A stretch of 64,000 nt of DNA from an uncultured Methylomirabilota bacterium (GCA_963705305.1 OY970067.1:992001-1056000), one strand, 5' to 3'; positions 39,371 to 50,945 are shown, numbered from the stretch's first letter. The notes: generated by a model from the sequence alone, not told the origin. Translations and numbers: made by a program.

Positions 39371-40462
39371 TCACGCGGCCCGCTGCTCCCGGCCCATCTT
39401 CCACAGCATCCAGGCCACCGTGAGGAGCCCCAAGAGAAACACAGCCGAGAACACGGCGAGCAGGTCTCCCTGCGTTGCGCTGGGCACCTCCCGCAGCCGG
39501 ACGAACGGGGCCAGGTACAGGCCCCGCACCATGTCGCGGAGGACGATCATCCCGGCCAGCGTGAGGAGGAGGACTCCCGCGGCCAGACGGATGAGAGCGG
39601 GTTGTCCGATCGGATCCATCGTCCGTGAGAGCAGAATCAACAGGAGCACACCCAGACCCACGGCCAGGGCAAAGGTCGGGGTCTCGGGAAATCGCCCTTG
39701 CATGATCCCCTGGAGGACGCCCAGGGGTAGGGCGAACAGGAACCAGAAGCCGTCCGCCACCTGCAGGCCGGTCGCCACCAGCGCCCAGCGCAGGCCGCGC
39801 TGCGCCAGCCATGGATAGAAGGGGTCCGGATCCCGCCGGGCGCGCTCCGTGGCCAGCAGCCCCAGGAACACGCCCCCCACTGCCAGCGACCCCAGGACAA
39901 AGTGGAGGTACCGGGGAAGCAGCGTCGGATCGCGGAGCGCATCGGCCGCCCCCATGCCGACCGCGACCCAGCGTGACGGCGTCAGTTCCAGGACGTTGAC
40001 CAGCACCTGGATCGCCGCCGCGCCCAGGAATGCGAGAGCGGCCACCAGGAGCCAGGCCGCGAGACCGTCCTTTCCGCCCGCCTTGTATTTGAACAGGTAG
40101 GTCGCGTAATAGCCCGCCCCCAGCAGGACCAGCAGGGACAGCCAGACCCATCCCACCAGGATGGTCGCCGGGTAGAAGACCTGACCGTACAAGACCTGGA
40201 CGAAGAGGAGGGGGGCGACCCCCGTGGTGATGGTGAAGGCGATCGTCGTGGGCAGGAATCCCGCCACCAGCCGCCCCAGGCGCCTACCCGGCCCATCGGG
40301 CCAGCCTGCCAGGAGGCGGTGCGCGGCGGCGATAATCGACCCGCCCAACGTGACGCTCAGAAACAGGATGTGGATGAGGAACGTGACGACCAGCAGCAGG
40401 TGAAAGAGCCAGGCCGGCGCCGGCAGCGGCATCGGGTCCAGGGCGGGAAGCGGCAGCGTCAT
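39371..40462 (-). CDS. Polytopic membrane protein, partner subunit of a bd-superfamily oxidoreductase
   Basis: About 9 TM helices; His in TFLIH and RYLH; GVAPLLFVQVLYG; start overlaps the upstream stop. Confidence 0.75.
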   Translation of the reverse strand: MTLPLPALDPMPLPAPAWLFHLLLVVTFLIHILFLSVTLGGSIIAAAHRLLAGWPDGPGRRLGRLVAGFLPTTIAFTITTGVAPLLFVQVLYGQVFYPATILVGWVWLSLLVLLGAGYYATYLFKYKAGGKDGLAAWLLVAALAFLGAAAIQVLVNVLELTPSRWVAVGMGAADALRDPTLLPRYLHFVLGSLAVGGVFLGLLATERARRDPDPFYPWLAQRGLRWALVATGLQVADGFWFLFALPLGVLQGIMQGRFPETPTFALAVGLGVLLLILLSRTMDPIGQPALIRLAAGVLLLTLAGMIVLRDMVRGLYLAPFVRLREVPSATQGDLLAVFSAVFLLGLLTVAWMLWKMGREQRAA

Positions 40463-41775
40463 TTCGCGCCTCCTGGGGCGGCGGCAGAGGCCGATGCAGG
40501 CGCGCCCCCCAGCCCGGCGAGATAGGTGGCCAGGCTCTTGATCTCTTCCTCCGTCCCGACGATCGGCGGCATCCCCGGCTGGCCGCCGCCGCGCAGGGCC
40601 TCGAGGAGCATCGCCAGGCTGGCGGCATCCATCCCACCCACCAAGGGCCGGATGGCCAGGTAGCCGTCCAGGCTATGGCACATCCGGCACTGGGCGCGGA
40701 AGACTTGCTCCCCCAGGCTCGTCGAAGCCTGAGCCAGACCGACCCCGGCCCAGTGCGCTTTCGACAGGATGCCTTGGTGATTCAGGCGATCCACCTCGTC
40801 CACGCGAACCCCGTTGCTGTACATGTACCCGTAAATCACGAACGGCTTCCGGCTCCCTTCCCGGATCCGCTCATACGCGCCGAGGTGCAGACCCGACAGC
40901 AGGATGGCCGCCAGGGCCGCCGCCACCCCGAACGTCCGCGGGAAGAGAAAACCGGCCCAGACCAGCAGGATGGACACGAGCGCCAGGGCCGCCAGACCGA
41001 CCAGGTACGTCTGTCGCAACAGCGCGCCGGCTGGAAAGATCAGGGCCCGGGCGTCGGCCGGAATCCTCGCCTGCCACCACCCGAGACCTGCCAGCGACAG
41101 GGCCGCGCCAGCGATGCCCCAGGCGGCCAGGTACCGGACCAGATCGCGCCGGCCGGACGCATCCGGCATCCAGGCGGCCACGACCCAGCCGTAGGCGCCG
41201 GCCAACAGCAGGGCGACGCCTGTGCGCAGCAGCAGGGACGGCCAGTACGTCGGATTGAAGAAGCCGTCCCAGAAGGCCCGGGTCTCGATCCAGCGGCCCG
41301 GGGTCAGCATGAAGGTGATGATCCCGTTGATGACGACCAGGCTGAGATAGGCCGCCAGAAAGTAGATCCAGCCGACGGCGACGTGGGTCCGGCGCGAGAA
41401 GCGGTCCCAGGTGCCGACGTACACCAGGGCCGCCGCGACCTCGACGAAGAAGAACACCCACTCGATCGCCCACCCCCACACGAAGGTATGGATCAGGGCC
41501 AACGTCGCCGCCGGCTGCACTAGGCCGATGGTGAACCAGATGCCCACCCCCGTGACGGCGCCCAGGACCGTGGAGAGCAGGACGAGGAAGGTGGACTCCT
41601 TGCGGGCGAACTCCAGCCAGAGGGGATTGCCTCGCCGGACGGCGAGTTGCTCCGTCGCCACGATGAGGAGACCGCCGCCCACGGCGAAGTGCGCGAGGAT
41701 TACGTGGAGGATGGCGATCCCCCCGATCAGCCAGCCTCCGTTGATGTACGGGACGAGGAAAAGCGGGTAGTCCAT
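40459..41775 (-). CDS. Cytochrome bd-superfamily subunit I (CydA-like) fused to a C-terminal cytochrome c
   Basis: HVILAHFAVG, GAVTGVG, WAIEWVFFFVE, FMLTPG and RE..RKPF; CRMCH plus MP axial Met. Confidence 0.82.
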   Translation of the reverse strand: MDYPLFLVPYINGGWLIGGIAILHVILAHFAVGGGLLIVATEQLAVRRGNPLWLEFARKESTFLVLLSTVLGAVTGVGIWFTIGLVQPAATLALIHTFVWGWAIEWVFFFVEVAAALVYVGTWDRFSRRTHVAVGWIYFLAAYLSLVVINGIITFMLTPGRWIETRAFWDGFFNPTYWPSLLLRTGVALLLAGAYGWVVAAWMPDASGRRDLVRYLAAWGIAGAALSLAGLGWWQARIPADARALIFPAGALLRQTYLVGLAALALVSILLVWAGFLFPRTFGVAAALAAILLSGLHLGAYERIREGSRKPFVIYGYMYSNGVRVDEVDRLNHQGILSKAHWAGVGLAQASTSLGEQVFRAQCRMCHSLDGYLAIRPLVGGMDAASLAMLLEALRGGGQPGMPPIVGTEEEIKSLATYLAGLGGAPASASAAAPGGAK

Positions 41776-41997
41776 GGCGGGCCTCCTGCGGCGCCCTGCC
41801 CCTCCCGTCGGGGCGACGGGAGGGGCGGCGAGAACAGGAACGTCACAGCCTCTTGGATGAGGCTCGCAAACCGCGGGATGCGGAAGGCGGACGCATCCGC
41901 GCGAAAATCCGAACAGAGCCGGGGCGCGCCGAAGGTCTCTTTCCCATTCCCGGGAAGCCTCCCGGCGCGCACCGGTCTTGGCGCGGGCAGGGGGCCG

Positions 41998-43002
41998 CTA
42001 GCGGCGCGAGAGAATGTACGACCGCAGCACCCGCATGTAGTTGGCCCGCTCGAAGGCGGCGGGGTTGGCCACCGACCGCTGGCTCATGCTGCCCTGCATC
42101 TGCCGGATGGAGGCGTATTCGTGCTCTTCCATCCAGGAGACGACACCGGCCCGCACCGCCGAGAGGTGCTGGATGCCGTTGGCCAGCAGGGCCGAGGTCA
42201 TCATGGCCGCCTTGGCCCCCGCCATCATGCACTTCAGCACGTCCTGGGCGGTGTGCACCCCCCCGGTGACGGCCAGGTCGGCCTGGATGCGGCCGCACAG
42301 GATGGCCACCCAGCGCACGCGCAGCCGCAGCTCTTCGGACCGGCTGAGGGTCAGGTTGGGAACGACCTCCAGCCTGTCCAGGTCGAAGTCGGGCTGGTAG
42401 AAGCGGTTGAAGAGGACCAGGGCGTTGGCCCCCGCCTGGTCCAGCCGCCTGGCCATGGCGGCCATGGAGCTGAAGTACGGCCCCAGCTTGACGGCCACGG
42501 GGATCTTGACGCTGGCCTTGACGTCCCGCACCAGGTCCACGTACATCTGTTCGACCTGGGCGCTGCTGACGTCGGGATTGGTCGGAATGTAATAGACATT
42601 CAGCTCCAGCGCGTCCGCGCCCGCCTCCTGCATCTTCCGGGCGTAGCCGATCCAGCCGCCGGTGGAGACCCCGTTCAGGCTGGCAATGACCGGGATGCCG
42701 ACTGCTGCCTTGGCCCGCCGCAGGTGCTCCAGGTACCCGTCGGGCCCCAGGTTATACTCCTTCATCTCCGGGAAGTAGGTCAGCGATTCGGCAAAGCTCT
42801 CCGTACCGGCCGAGAGAAATTGATCCAGGTCCTGGCTCTCCAGGCTCAGCTGCTCTTCGAACAGGGAATGCAGCACCACCGCGGCCGCCCCGGCATCCTC
42901 CATGCGCCGCAGGTTCCCCAGATCCTCGCACAGGGGCGACGCCGAGACGACCAGCGGGTTCTTCAGGGTGAGGCCGAGATAGGTTGTCGTGAGGTCGCTC
43001 AT
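41998..43002 (-). CDS. Dihydroorotate dehydrogenase-like protein (nifJ-associated)
   Basis: [26 protein letters not shown] and ERANY. Confidence 0.88.
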   Translation of the reverse strand: MSDLTTTYLGLTLKNPLVVSASPLCEDLGNLRRMEDAGAAAVVLHSLFEEQLSLESQDLDQFLSAGTESFAESLTYFPEMKEYNLGPDGYLEHLRRAKAAVGIPVIASLNGVSTGGWIGYARKMQEAGADALELNVYYIPTNPDVSSAQVEQMYVDLVRDVKASVKIPVAVKLGPYFSSMAAMARRLDQAGANALVLFNRFYQPDFDLDRLEVVPNLTLSRSEELRLRVRWVAILCGRIQADLAVTGGVHTAQDVLKCMMAGAKAAMMTSALLANGIQHLSAVRAGVVSWMEEHEYASIRQMQGSMSQRSVANPAAFERANYMRVLRSYILSRR

Positions 43003-46000
43003 TGCCCCTTCTCCTCTGTCGCGCCCGGGACCGGCATGGCCGCCCAGTGCTCGTACAGGCGCCAGCGCGCCGCCACCTCCGTCTGGGCCTGCTGCAGCAG
43101 TCGCTTGGCCGCTTCGGGGTCGCTGTGGTTCAGCATGGAGAATCGCGTCTCGTTGTTCTCGAACTTGTCCAGGGTGATGCTGGGGGCCTTGCTGTCCAGC
43201 ACGAGCGGGTTCTTGCCCTGCTTTTCCAGGTCGGGGTTGTAGCGCATCAGTGGCCAGTGGCCGGACTGGACCGCCGCCTTCTGCTGGTCCAACCCGTGCT
43301 TCAGGTCATAGCCGTGGGCAATGCAGTGGCTGTAGGCAATGATGAGGGAGCAGCCGTCGTATGCCTCGGCCTCCAGGAAGGATTTGACCGTGTGCATGTC
43401 GTTCATGCCGAAGGCCACCCGCGCCACGTAGATGTTCCCATAGGTCATGGCGATCATGGCCAGGTCCTTCTTGGGGCGGGGCTTGCCGCCGGCCGCGAAC
43501 TTCGCCACCGCGCCGCGCGGCGTGGCCTTGGACATCTGGCCTCCGGTATTGGAATAGACCTCGGTGTCCAGGACCAGGGCATTCACGTTGTAGCCCGAGG
43601 CTAAGACGTGGTCCAGGCCACCATAGCCGATGTCATAGGCCCAGCCATCGCCTCCGATGATCCACACGCTCTTCTTTACCAGGACCTCGGCCAGGCCCAG
43701 CAGGTCCCGCGCTTCGCGCGTATTGATCCCCTGCAGCTTCTCCTTCAAGGCTTTCACCCGATCGCGCTGGGCCTTGATGCCCGCCTCGCTGGACTGGTCG
43801 GCCTCCAGCAGGCCCTTGACTAGCTCGTCGCCCAGCTGGCCCGCCAGGCGCTCCAACAGCTCTCGGGCGTACTGCGTCTGCTTGTCCAGCGCGAGGCGCA
43901 TCCCCAGTCCGAACTCGGCGTTGTCCTCGAAGAGCGAGTTCGACCAGGTCGGCCCGCGGCCCTGGCGGTTGAAGGTGTAGGGCGTGGTGGGCAGGTTCCC
44001 CCCGTAGATGGAGGAGCAGCCCGTGGCGTTGGCGATCATGGCCCGGTCGCCGAAAAGCTGCGACATCAGCTTGATGTACGGCGTCTCGCCGCAGCCCGCG
44101 CATGCCCCGGAGAACTCGAACAGGGGCTCCAAGAGCTGCACGTCCTTCACCTGGGCCAGGTTCAGCCCGTCCCGGTCAACGTCGGGCAGGCCCAGGAAGA
44201 AGTTCCAGTTGTCCCGCTCCGTCTCGCGGATGGGGGGTTGCGGGGCCATGTTGATGGCCTTGAGGCGCGTCTCCTGCTTGTTCTTGGCCGGGCAGACCTC
44301 CACGCACAGCTCGCAGCCGGTGCAGTCCTCGGGGGCCACCTGGAGCGTGTACTTCATCTCCTTGAACTCGCGCCAGCGCGCGGGGGCCGACTTGAAGGTG
44401 GCCGGCGCATCCTTGAGGAGCTCCGGCGAGTAGAGCTTGGCCCGGATGACCGCATGCGGGCAAACCAGGATGCACTTCCCGCACTGGATGCAGACCTCCG
44501 GATCCCAGACGGGGATCTCCAGGGCGATGTTCCGCTTCTCCCACTGGGTGGTCCCGGTGGGGAACGTCCCGTCCTTGGGGAAGGCGCTCACCGGCAGGTC
44601 ATCCCCTTCGTTGGCGATGATCTTGGCCAGTGTCTTCTGCACGAAGTCCGGCGCCTCCTTGGGAACCGGCAGCCGCAGGTCGAAGGCGCTGGAGACCTTC
44701 CCGGGCACCTTCACCTCGTGCAGGTGGTCCAGGGCGGCATCCACGGCGGCGAAATTCTTCTTCACCACGGCCTCGCCCCGCTTGCCGTAGGTCTTCTCGA
44801 TGGCGTGCTTGATGGCGGCGATGGCCTCGTCCCGGGGCAGGACGCCGCTGATGGCAAAGAAACAGGTCTGCATGATGGTGTTGATGCGCACCCCCATGCC
44901 GGTCTGCTCCGCCACCTTGTAAGCGTCGATGACGTAGAAGCGCAGCTTCTTGTCGATGATCTGCCGCTGGACCGTGCGCGGGAGGTGATCCCAGACATCC
45001 TCCGGCCCGTACAGGCTGTTGAGCAGGAACGTCGCCCCCGGCGCCGCCGCCTTCAGGACGTCCAGCCGCTCCAGGAAGCTGAACTGGTGGCAGGCCACGA
45101 AGCTGACCTGGCTGATGAGATAGGGGGAGTGGATGGGCTTGGGGCCGAAGCGCAGGTGGGAGATGGTCAGGGCGCCCGACTTCTTCGAGTCGTAGACGAA
45201 GTAGCCCTGAGCATAATTGTCGGTATCCTCGCCGATGATCTTGATGGAGTTCTTGTTGGCTCCCACCGTCCCGTCGGCGCCCAGGCCGTAGAACAGCGCG
45301 CGGATCGTCTTGGGATCCTCGGTGGAGAAGGCCGGGTCGTAGTCCAAGCTGGTGTGGGTCACGTCGTCGGCGATGCCGACCGTGAAATGGTTCTTCGGCG
45401 CCGCCTTGGCCGCCTCGTCCAGGACCGCCTTGACCATGGCCGGGGTGAACTCCTTGGAGGACAACCCGTAGCGCCCCCCGATGACCCGCGGCATGGCGGC
45501 GAACGGGGCCGCTCCGGCTGTCACTGCCTCGCTCACCGCCGTCACCACATCCGTGTACAGGGGCTCGCCCGCCGCCCCCGGCTCTTTGGTCCGGTCCAGA
45601 ACGGCCAGCGTCTTGACCGTCTTGGGCAGGGCCTTCACGAAGTGCTCCACCGAGAACGGCCGGTAGAGCCGGACCTTGAGGACACCGATCTTCTCCCCCT
45701 TGGCCGTGAGGTACTCCACCGTCTCCTGCGCCGTCTCGGCGCCGGAGCCCATCAGGACGATCACCCGCTCGGCGTCCGGAGCCCCCAGGTAGTCGAACAG
45801 GTGGTACTGCCGGCCCACGATCTTGGCAAACGTGTCCATGGTGTTCTGCACGATCTGGGGACAGGCCAGGTAGTAGGGGTTGACCGTCTCGCGGGCCTGG
45901 AAGTAGACATCGGGATTCTGGGAGGAGCCGCGCAGCACCGGATGATCCGGAGACATCGCCCGGGCGCGGTGGGCCTGAACCAGCTTCTCGTCCAACATGG

Positions 46001-46577
46001 CCCGCATGTCGTCCAGCGTGATCTGCTCGACCTTCTCGACCCCGTGGCTGGTGCGGAAGCCGTCGAAGAAATGGACCAAGGGGACCCGCGCCTCCAGGGT
46101 GGCCGCCTGGGCGATGAGGGCCAGATCCATCACCTCCTGGACGGAGTTGGAGGCGATCAGGCCGAAGCCGGTCGAGCGGGTGGCCATGACGTCGCTATGG
46201 TCGCCGAAGATGGACAGGGCGTGGGTGGCGACCGTCCGCGCCGACACATGGAAGACCGTGGAGGTCAACTCGCCGGCGATCTTGAACATGTTGGGGATCA
46301 TCAGCAGGAGGCCCTGGGATGCGGTGAAGGTGGTGGTCAGGGCCCCGCCCTGCAGCGCCCCGTGCACCGCGCCGGAGGCCCCGCCCTCGCTCTGCAACTC
46401 CACGACCGTGGGGATCGTCCCCCAGATGTTGGGGATGCCTCGCGCCGAATACTCATCCGCCCATTCCCCCATGTTGGAGGAGGGGGTGATCGGATAGATG
46501 GCGATCACCTCGTTGGTGCGGTGGGCCACGTACGCCGCGGCCTCGTTTCCATCGATGGTCACAATGGCTCTGCTCAT
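42999..46577 (-). CDS. nifJ: Pyruvate:ferredoxin (flavodoxin) oxidoreductase
   Basis: YPITPS, two 4Fe-4S motifs, [19 protein letters not shown] and YSNTGGQ. Confidence 0.96.
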   Translation of the reverse strand: MSRAIVTIDGNEAAAYVAHRTNEVIAIYPITPSSNMGEWADEYSARGIPNIWGTIPTVVELQSEGGASGAVHGALQGGALTTTFTASQGLLLMIPNMFKIAGELTSTVFHVSARTVATHALSIFGDHSDVMATRSTGFGLIASNSVQEVMDLALIAQAATLEARVPLVHFFDGFRTSHGVEKVEQITLDDMRAMLDEKLVQAHRARAMSPDHPVLRGSSQNPDVYFQARETVNPYYLACPQIVQNTMDTFAKIVGRQYHLFDYLGAPDAERVIVLMGSGAETAQETVEYLTAKGEKIGVLKVRLYRPFSVEHFVKALPKTVKTLAVLDRTKEPGAAGEPLYTDVVTAVSEAVTAGAAPFAAMPRVIGGRYGLSSKEFTPAMVKAVLDEAAKAAPKNHFTVGIADDVTHTSLDYDPAFSTEDPKTIRALFYGLGADGTVGANKNSIKIIGEDTDNYAQGYFVYDSKKSGALTISHLRFGPKPIHSPYLISQVSFVACHQFSFLERLDVLKAAAPGATFLLNSLYGPEDVWDHLPRTVQRQIIDKKLRFYVIDAYKVAEQTGMGVRINTIMQTCFFAISGVLPRDEAIAAIKHAIEKTYGKRGEAVVKKNFAAVDAALDHLHEVKVPGKVSSAFDLRLPVPKEAPDFVQKTLAKIIANEGDDLPVSAFPKDGTFPTGTTQWEKRNIALEIPVWDPEVCIQCGKCILVCPHAVIRAKLYSPELLKDAPATFKSAPARWREFKEMKYTLQVAPEDCTGCELCVEVCPAKNKQETRLKAINMAPQPPIRETERDNWNFFLGLPDVDRDGLNLAQVKDVQLLEPLFEFSGACAGCGETPYIKLMSQLFGDRAMIANATGCSSIYGGNLPTTPYTFNRQGRGPTWSNSLFEDNAEFGLGMRLALDKQTQYARELLERLAGQLGDELVKGLLEADQSSEAGIKAQRDRVKALKEKLQGINTREARDLLGLAEVLVKKSVWIIGGDGWAYDIGYGGLDHVLASGYNVNALVLDTEVYSNTGGQMSKATPRGAVAKFAAGGKPRPKKDLAMIAMTYGNIYVARVAFGMNDMHTVKSFLEAEAYDGCSLIIAYSHCIAHGYDLKHGLDQQKAAVQSGHWPLMRYNPDLEKQGKNPLVLDSKAPSITLDKFENNETRFSMLNHSDPEAAKRLLQQAQTEVAARWRLYEHWAAMPVPGATEEKGQ

Positions 46578-46634
46578 CGAGACTCTCCTTACCCGCGACA
46601 CTTCACGGGCGCGCGATGACGGGTGGAGGGGCGC

Positions 46635-47282
46635 TCAGCTCTTGCTCGCGGCGGAGACCACCGCCTCCACGAATTTCGCTTCAGGCAACGCCCCCTCGAT
46701 GCTTCCGTCCTCGTTGACAAGGGTCCGGGGGACGGCCCGCACCCGGTATCGCTGGGCGAGGTGCGGAAATTCCGTCGCCTCCACCGCATCCGCGGTGACG
46801 AGGTCGCTCTCCACGGCACACTGCTGTGCCAGCCGCACCGCGGCCGGACAGTGCGGTCAGGTCGGCGTGACGAACACCTGCAGATGAACCGGCCGGCCGA
46901 TGGCTGCCAGCGCCGCCTTGGTGTCCGGCTGAAGGTCGGTGCTCCCCCGGGAGACGTCCTGGATCGCCCCCAGCAGCGATGCGAACTCGTATCCCATGGG
47001 AATCCCGTAGAACCGGATCCCGAAATCCTTGGCCCCTTCCACCACCGTGGCCGGGATCTTGTCCACCCCGTACTGTGCGACCTTCTCCTTATCGAGCTGG
47101 AAGTTGTACACCTCCAGGCTGATCTTGTCCGAGAGCCCCGCCACCTCCCGCAGCAGCAACTCGGTCTCCCGGCAGTACTGGCAGCCCAACTCCTGCGTGA
47201 AGTTGACCAGCTTGACCGGTCCAGAGAGGCCAGCCAACTGGGCCTGGACCTCCCGGCGGTCGCGATCACTCAACAGCGCCAT
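46635..47282 (-). CDS. Selenocysteine-containing protein disulfide oxidoreductase (PDO/AhpF-NTD-like; UGA at 46859-46857)
   Basis: N-terminal CQYC, GIPMGYEFASL, then VFVTPT-UGA-PHCPAAV (UxxC). The frame continues to VRAVP. SECIS-like hairpin at 46829-46847. Confidence 0.88.
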
Positions 47283-47499
47283 CCTCTTTTCCCCTTCCGG
47301 TCCGTACACACTTCGACCCCGCGGCAGCATACACCGACTGACCTTCCAAGCCTAGTACAGCAGAACCCGAACACCAAGAGAGAAAGGGAGGAAGGGATCG
47401 AAGGCGTGAGAAAACAGACAAAGAACTAGGGGGAACACGGTGAGATTTATCAACGACCGGCGACTTTCGTCGATCGCTCGACAGTAGACCGGGGGGTCC

Positions 47500-48432
47500 T
47501 CAGGCCTTCTCGGTCTGGAGGCGCCGCCAGGTCTTGCGGATCGCCTCCCGAAGCCCATCCCGCACCCCCCAGGGGTCGCGGCTGGGCTTGAATCCGAGCT
47601 CCGCGCGGATGCGCCGGTCGTCCAGCTCCCACCGGTCGGCCAGAAACGCCGCGCCCGTCCACGCCTCCCGGGGAACCGTCTGCACCCCGGCGGCAGAGCC
47701 GGTCACCTCCACGACCATCCCCGCAATCTCCTCCCAGGTGGTGTAGGCGCTGGCCAGGTTGAACACGCGGCCGGCGGCGGGGTGGGCCAGAACCATCTCC
47801 ACCGCCCGGTTGAAATCCTCCTGGCTCAGAAAGCTCCCCCCGCAATCCGCCGGAACGACCAGGGGCCGTCCCGCAGCAGCCGTCCGCAACATCTCCCGGA
47901 GATGGCGGCCCCCGATCTCCTCCCCGAAGGCCCACCAGAATCGCAGGATCGTCGCCGACAGATCCTCCCCCCTGGCTGCCAACAAGGTGAGCTTCTCGGC
48001 AAACTCCTTGGCCATCCCGTAGGCGGGCTTTCGGGCCTCCAGGACCCTCAGAGGATGGTCCTCGCCGACCGGGACGTGTAGGGGCTTCCCGTATACGACG
48101 GCCGTGCTGGTGTAAACAAAATGGCGGACCCGCTCTGCGCGCGCCGCCTCCAAGAGCAGCGCATGCCCCCGCAGGTCGTGTTCCAGAAGGGAACGGGGAT
48201 CGTCGTCGAATGACCAGGCCAGGTGGACGATCGCCTCAGCGCCGCGGACGGCCTCGGCCACCGCCGCCGGATCGTCGACACTTCCCGCCACCGACATGAG
48301 GCCCTGCCGGCCGGTCTGGGCGGCCGGGCCCGGCACCTTGTCCAAGACGACGACGGAGTGCCCGCCGCCGAGCAGCGCAGGCACCAGGCCCTGTCCTACG
48401 CTCCCGTGTCCGCCGGTCACCAAGATCCGCAT
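47500..48432 (-). CDS. NAD-dependent epimerase/dehydratase
   Basis: LVTGGHGSVG, STAVVYG and YGMAK. Confidence 0.88.
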   Translation of the reverse strand: MRILVTGGHGSVGQGLVPALLGGGHSVVVLDKVPGPAAQTGRQGLMSVAGSVDDPAAVAEAVRGAEAIVHLAWSFDDDPRSLLEHDLRGHALLLEAARAERVRHFVYTSTAVVYGKPLHVPVGEDHPLRVLEARKPAYGMAKEFAEKLTLLAARGEDLSATILRFWWAFGEEIGGRHLREMLRTAAAGRPLVVPADCGGSFLSQEDFNRAVEMVLAHPAAGRVFNLASAYTTWEEIAGMVVEVTGSAAGVQTVPREAWTGAAFLADRWELDDRRIRAELGFKPSRDPWGVRDGLREAIRKTWRRLQTEKA

Positions 48433-48433
48433 G

Positions 48434-49147
48434 CTATTTCACGGCCGGCTCGGCCGAGACGGCCGCCTTCGCCTCCCGCTGCTCCATGGACCGCTTCTTC
48501 CAGACGGCCAGCAGGACGATCCCCACCGCCAGGCCCCACGCCACCGCCAGCTCGACGGGGTGGGCGGCATGGCCGAGCTGCCGCGAGACAAACGGATCGG
48601 TCACCACCATCTCGCCGGCCACCTTGCCCAGGATGCCCCCGCCCAGCAGGACCAGCCAGGGGTACTTGTTCATCAGGTTGGCGATCAGGGCGCTGCAGCA
48701 CAGGATGATGGGAATGCTCATGACCAGCCCGAAGATGAGCAGCTCCATGCTCCCCTTGGCTGCAGCCGCGACCGCCAGCACGTTGTCCAGGGACATGATC
48801 AGGTCGGCGATGATGATGATCTTGATCGCCTCCCAGAGGTTCGCGCTGGCCTTCACGTGGTCTTCGCCCTGCTCGCCCGTCGGTCGCACCAGCTTCCACG
48901 CGATCCAGACGAGCAGCAGGCCGCCTCCCAGCCGGAGCCCCGGGACCTCCAGGAGGAGCACCGCCACGACGGTGAGGACGATGCGCAGGGCCACGGCCCC
49001 GAACGAGCCCCAGAAGAGCCCCAGCTTCATCTGGCGCGGGGGCAGGGACCGGATGGCCATGGCGATCACCACGGCGTTGTCCCCCGACAGGATGAAATTC
49101 ACATAGATGATGGTGAGGATGCCGACGATCAGCTGCTCCCACGTCAT
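48434..49147 (-). CDS. TerC/YjbE-family membrane protein
   Basis: LSGDNAVVIAMA and ADLIMSLDNVLAVA. Confidence 0.9.
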   Translation of the reverse strand: MTWEQLIVGILTIIYVNFILSGDNAVVIAMAIRSLPPRQMKLGLFWGSFGAVALRIVLTVVAVLLLEVPGLRLGGGLLLVWIAWKLVRPTGEQGEDHVKASANLWEAIKIIIIADLIMSLDNVLAVAAAAKGSMELLIFGLVMSIPIILCCSALIANLMNKYPWLVLLGGGILGKVAGEMVVTDPFVSRQLGHAAHPVELAVAWGLAVGIVLLAVWKKRSMEQREAKAAVSAEPAVK

Positions 49148-49320
49148 TGCACAAGACCTCCTCGCTCACCTCGATGCGTTACACCCCCGAAGAGCCGTAA
49201 TTCCGGCGGCGCCCCGAGGTGTGCGATCCCGCCGGGAGCGCTGGTTTTCTCGGACGTCCCTGCGCTGGATCGCGTGCCCTATCTCGGTTCGACCGTGGGC
49301 GAGTCTCTATTGTCTCGCCA

Positions 49321-49349
49321 AGGATACGACCTCCCGTGCCGAATGTAAA
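49321..49349 (-). promoter_or_regulatory. sigma70 promoter TTTACA-N17-TATCCT
   Basis: Consensus spacing upstream of the TerC gene. Confidence 0.55.
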
Positions 49350-49393
49350 CCCGCCGGGGCTTCGAGATCTGCGGCCCCGACGGGACCGGCGAG

Positions 49394-50911
49394 CTAGTGG
49401 CCGGCAGGCGCTGGCTTCCCCTTCCGCTTGGCCCGGTACGAGCTGATGGCGGGCCAGAAGCATATGATCGCCGCCGCAACGACCAGCGGGAGCGTGATCG
49501 GCGGCTGCAGGAAGATCAACAGCGAGCCCTGGGACATGATCAGGCTCTGCCGCATGGCCGACTCCGCCATGTCCCCCAGGACCAGGGCCAAGAGCATGGG
49601 CGCCATGTTGTAATCCAGCTTTTTGAACGCCCAGCCGATGACCCCGAAGACCATCATGTACCAGATGTCGATCATGCGGTTGTTGACCGCGTAGGCGCCG
49701 ATGGCGCAGATGAAGATGAGCAGGGGCATCAGGATCGCGAAGGGGGTCCTGAGGACCGCCGCGAACAGGGGCGCGAACGCCAGGACGATCAACAGTCCGA
49801 GGAGGGTGCCGTACCAGGTGCTGGCGATGAGGCCCCAGACGAAGTCGGGGCTATCAACAAAGAGCATGGGTCCCGGCTGAAGCCCCCAGATCATGAGGCC
49901 TCCCAGGATGACCGCTGCCGTCGGCGACCCCGGAATCCCCAGGGTGATCATGGGGATCATGGCGGACGTCCCGGCGCCGTGAGCGGCGGCTTCCGGGGCG
50001 AAGATGCCGGCGATATGGCCCTGCCCGAACTGCGCCCTGTCCTCCTCCTTCATGCCTTCCTTGGCGAACCCGTAGGCCATGAAGGAGGCCGGCGTTGCGC
50101 CGCCCGGCTTGAAGCCCATCCAGACTCCGACGATGGAGCCCAGGACGAGGGTTTTCCAGTACCGCTTCATGTCGGCCAGCGTGCTCGTGATGTCGCTCCA
50201 CCGCATCCGGACCTTGACCCCTTCGAAGCGGAGACCCTCCTCCACGGTGAGCAGGATCTCGCCGATGCCGAACAGGCCGATGACGGCGACGATGAAGTTG
50301 AAGCCGCCCATCAGCGGCACCAGGTTGAAGGTCAGGCGCAGCTGTCCGCTCACGACGTCGATGCCCACCGCGGCCATGATGAACCCGAGGGCGGTCGCCA
50401 CCACCGTCTTGATCGGGGACTTCCCCACCAGGCCGACGAAGGCGCTGAAGGTGAGCAGCATGACGCCGAAGACCTCGGGCGGCCCGAACCGCAGGGCAAA
50501 GGCGGCCAGGATGGGCGCGAAGAACGTCAGCATGATCGTGCCCAGGACGCCGCCGCAGAAGTGGGCGAAAAATGCGGCGCTGAGCGCCCTCCCGGCCTGG
50601 CCTTTCTTGGCCATGGGATAGCCGTCGAAGGTTGTGGCGACGGCCCACGGCTCACCCGGAATGTTGAAGAGGATGGAGCAGATGCAGCCTCCGTACAGGG
50701 CCCCCCAGTAGAGGGAGGCGAGCAGGATGACGGCGGCCACCGGAGGCATCACGAACGTGATGGGGATCAGGATGGCGCAGCCGTTGGCCCCGCCCAGCCC
50801 CGGCAACACGCCGACAATGACTCCCAGGATGAGCCCGACGATGGCGGTGATGAGATTGTACGGCTCGGCGGCGACCTTGAGCCCCATCAGCAGGTTGGGG
50901 AGAATTTCCAT
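49394..50911 (-). CDS. tctA: Tripartite tricarboxylate transporter large subunit
   Basis: GVLPGLG, SILFNIPG, DGYPM and TLGIPG. Confidence 0.93.
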   Translation of the reverse strand: MEILPNLLMGLKVAAEPYNLITAIVGLILGVIVGVLPGLGGANGCAILIPITFVMPPVAAVILLASLYWGALYGGCICSILFNIPGEPWAVATTFDGYPMAKKGQAGRALSAAFFAHFCGGVLGTIMLTFFAPILAAFALRFGPPEVFGVMLLTFSAFVGLVGKSPIKTVVATALGFIMAAVGIDVVSGQLRLTFNLVPLMGGFNFIVAVIGLFGIGEILLTVEEGLRFEGVKVRMRWSDITSTLADMKRYWKTLVLGSIVGVWMGFKPGGATPASFMAYGFAKEGMKEEDRAQFGQGHIAGIFAPEAAAHGAGTSAMIPMITLGIPGSPTAAVILGGLMIWGLQPGPMLFVDSPDFVWGLIASTWYGTLLGLLIVLAFAPLFAAVLRTPFAILMPLLIFICAIGAYAVNNRMIDIWYMMVFGVIGWAFKKLDYNMAPMLLALVLGDMAESAMRQSLIMSQGSLLIFLQPPITLPLVVAAAIICFWPAISSYRAKRKGKPAPAGH

Positions 50912-50945
50912 TTCCGGATGACTCCTTTCCTTTCACCCGCTCAGG

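Noticed and set aside
49150..49330. yybP-ykoY (Mn) riboswitch upstream of the TerC gene
   Set aside because: TTGGCGAGAC is present, but it sits immediately after the -10 box and the 5' GGGGAGTAG element is missing.
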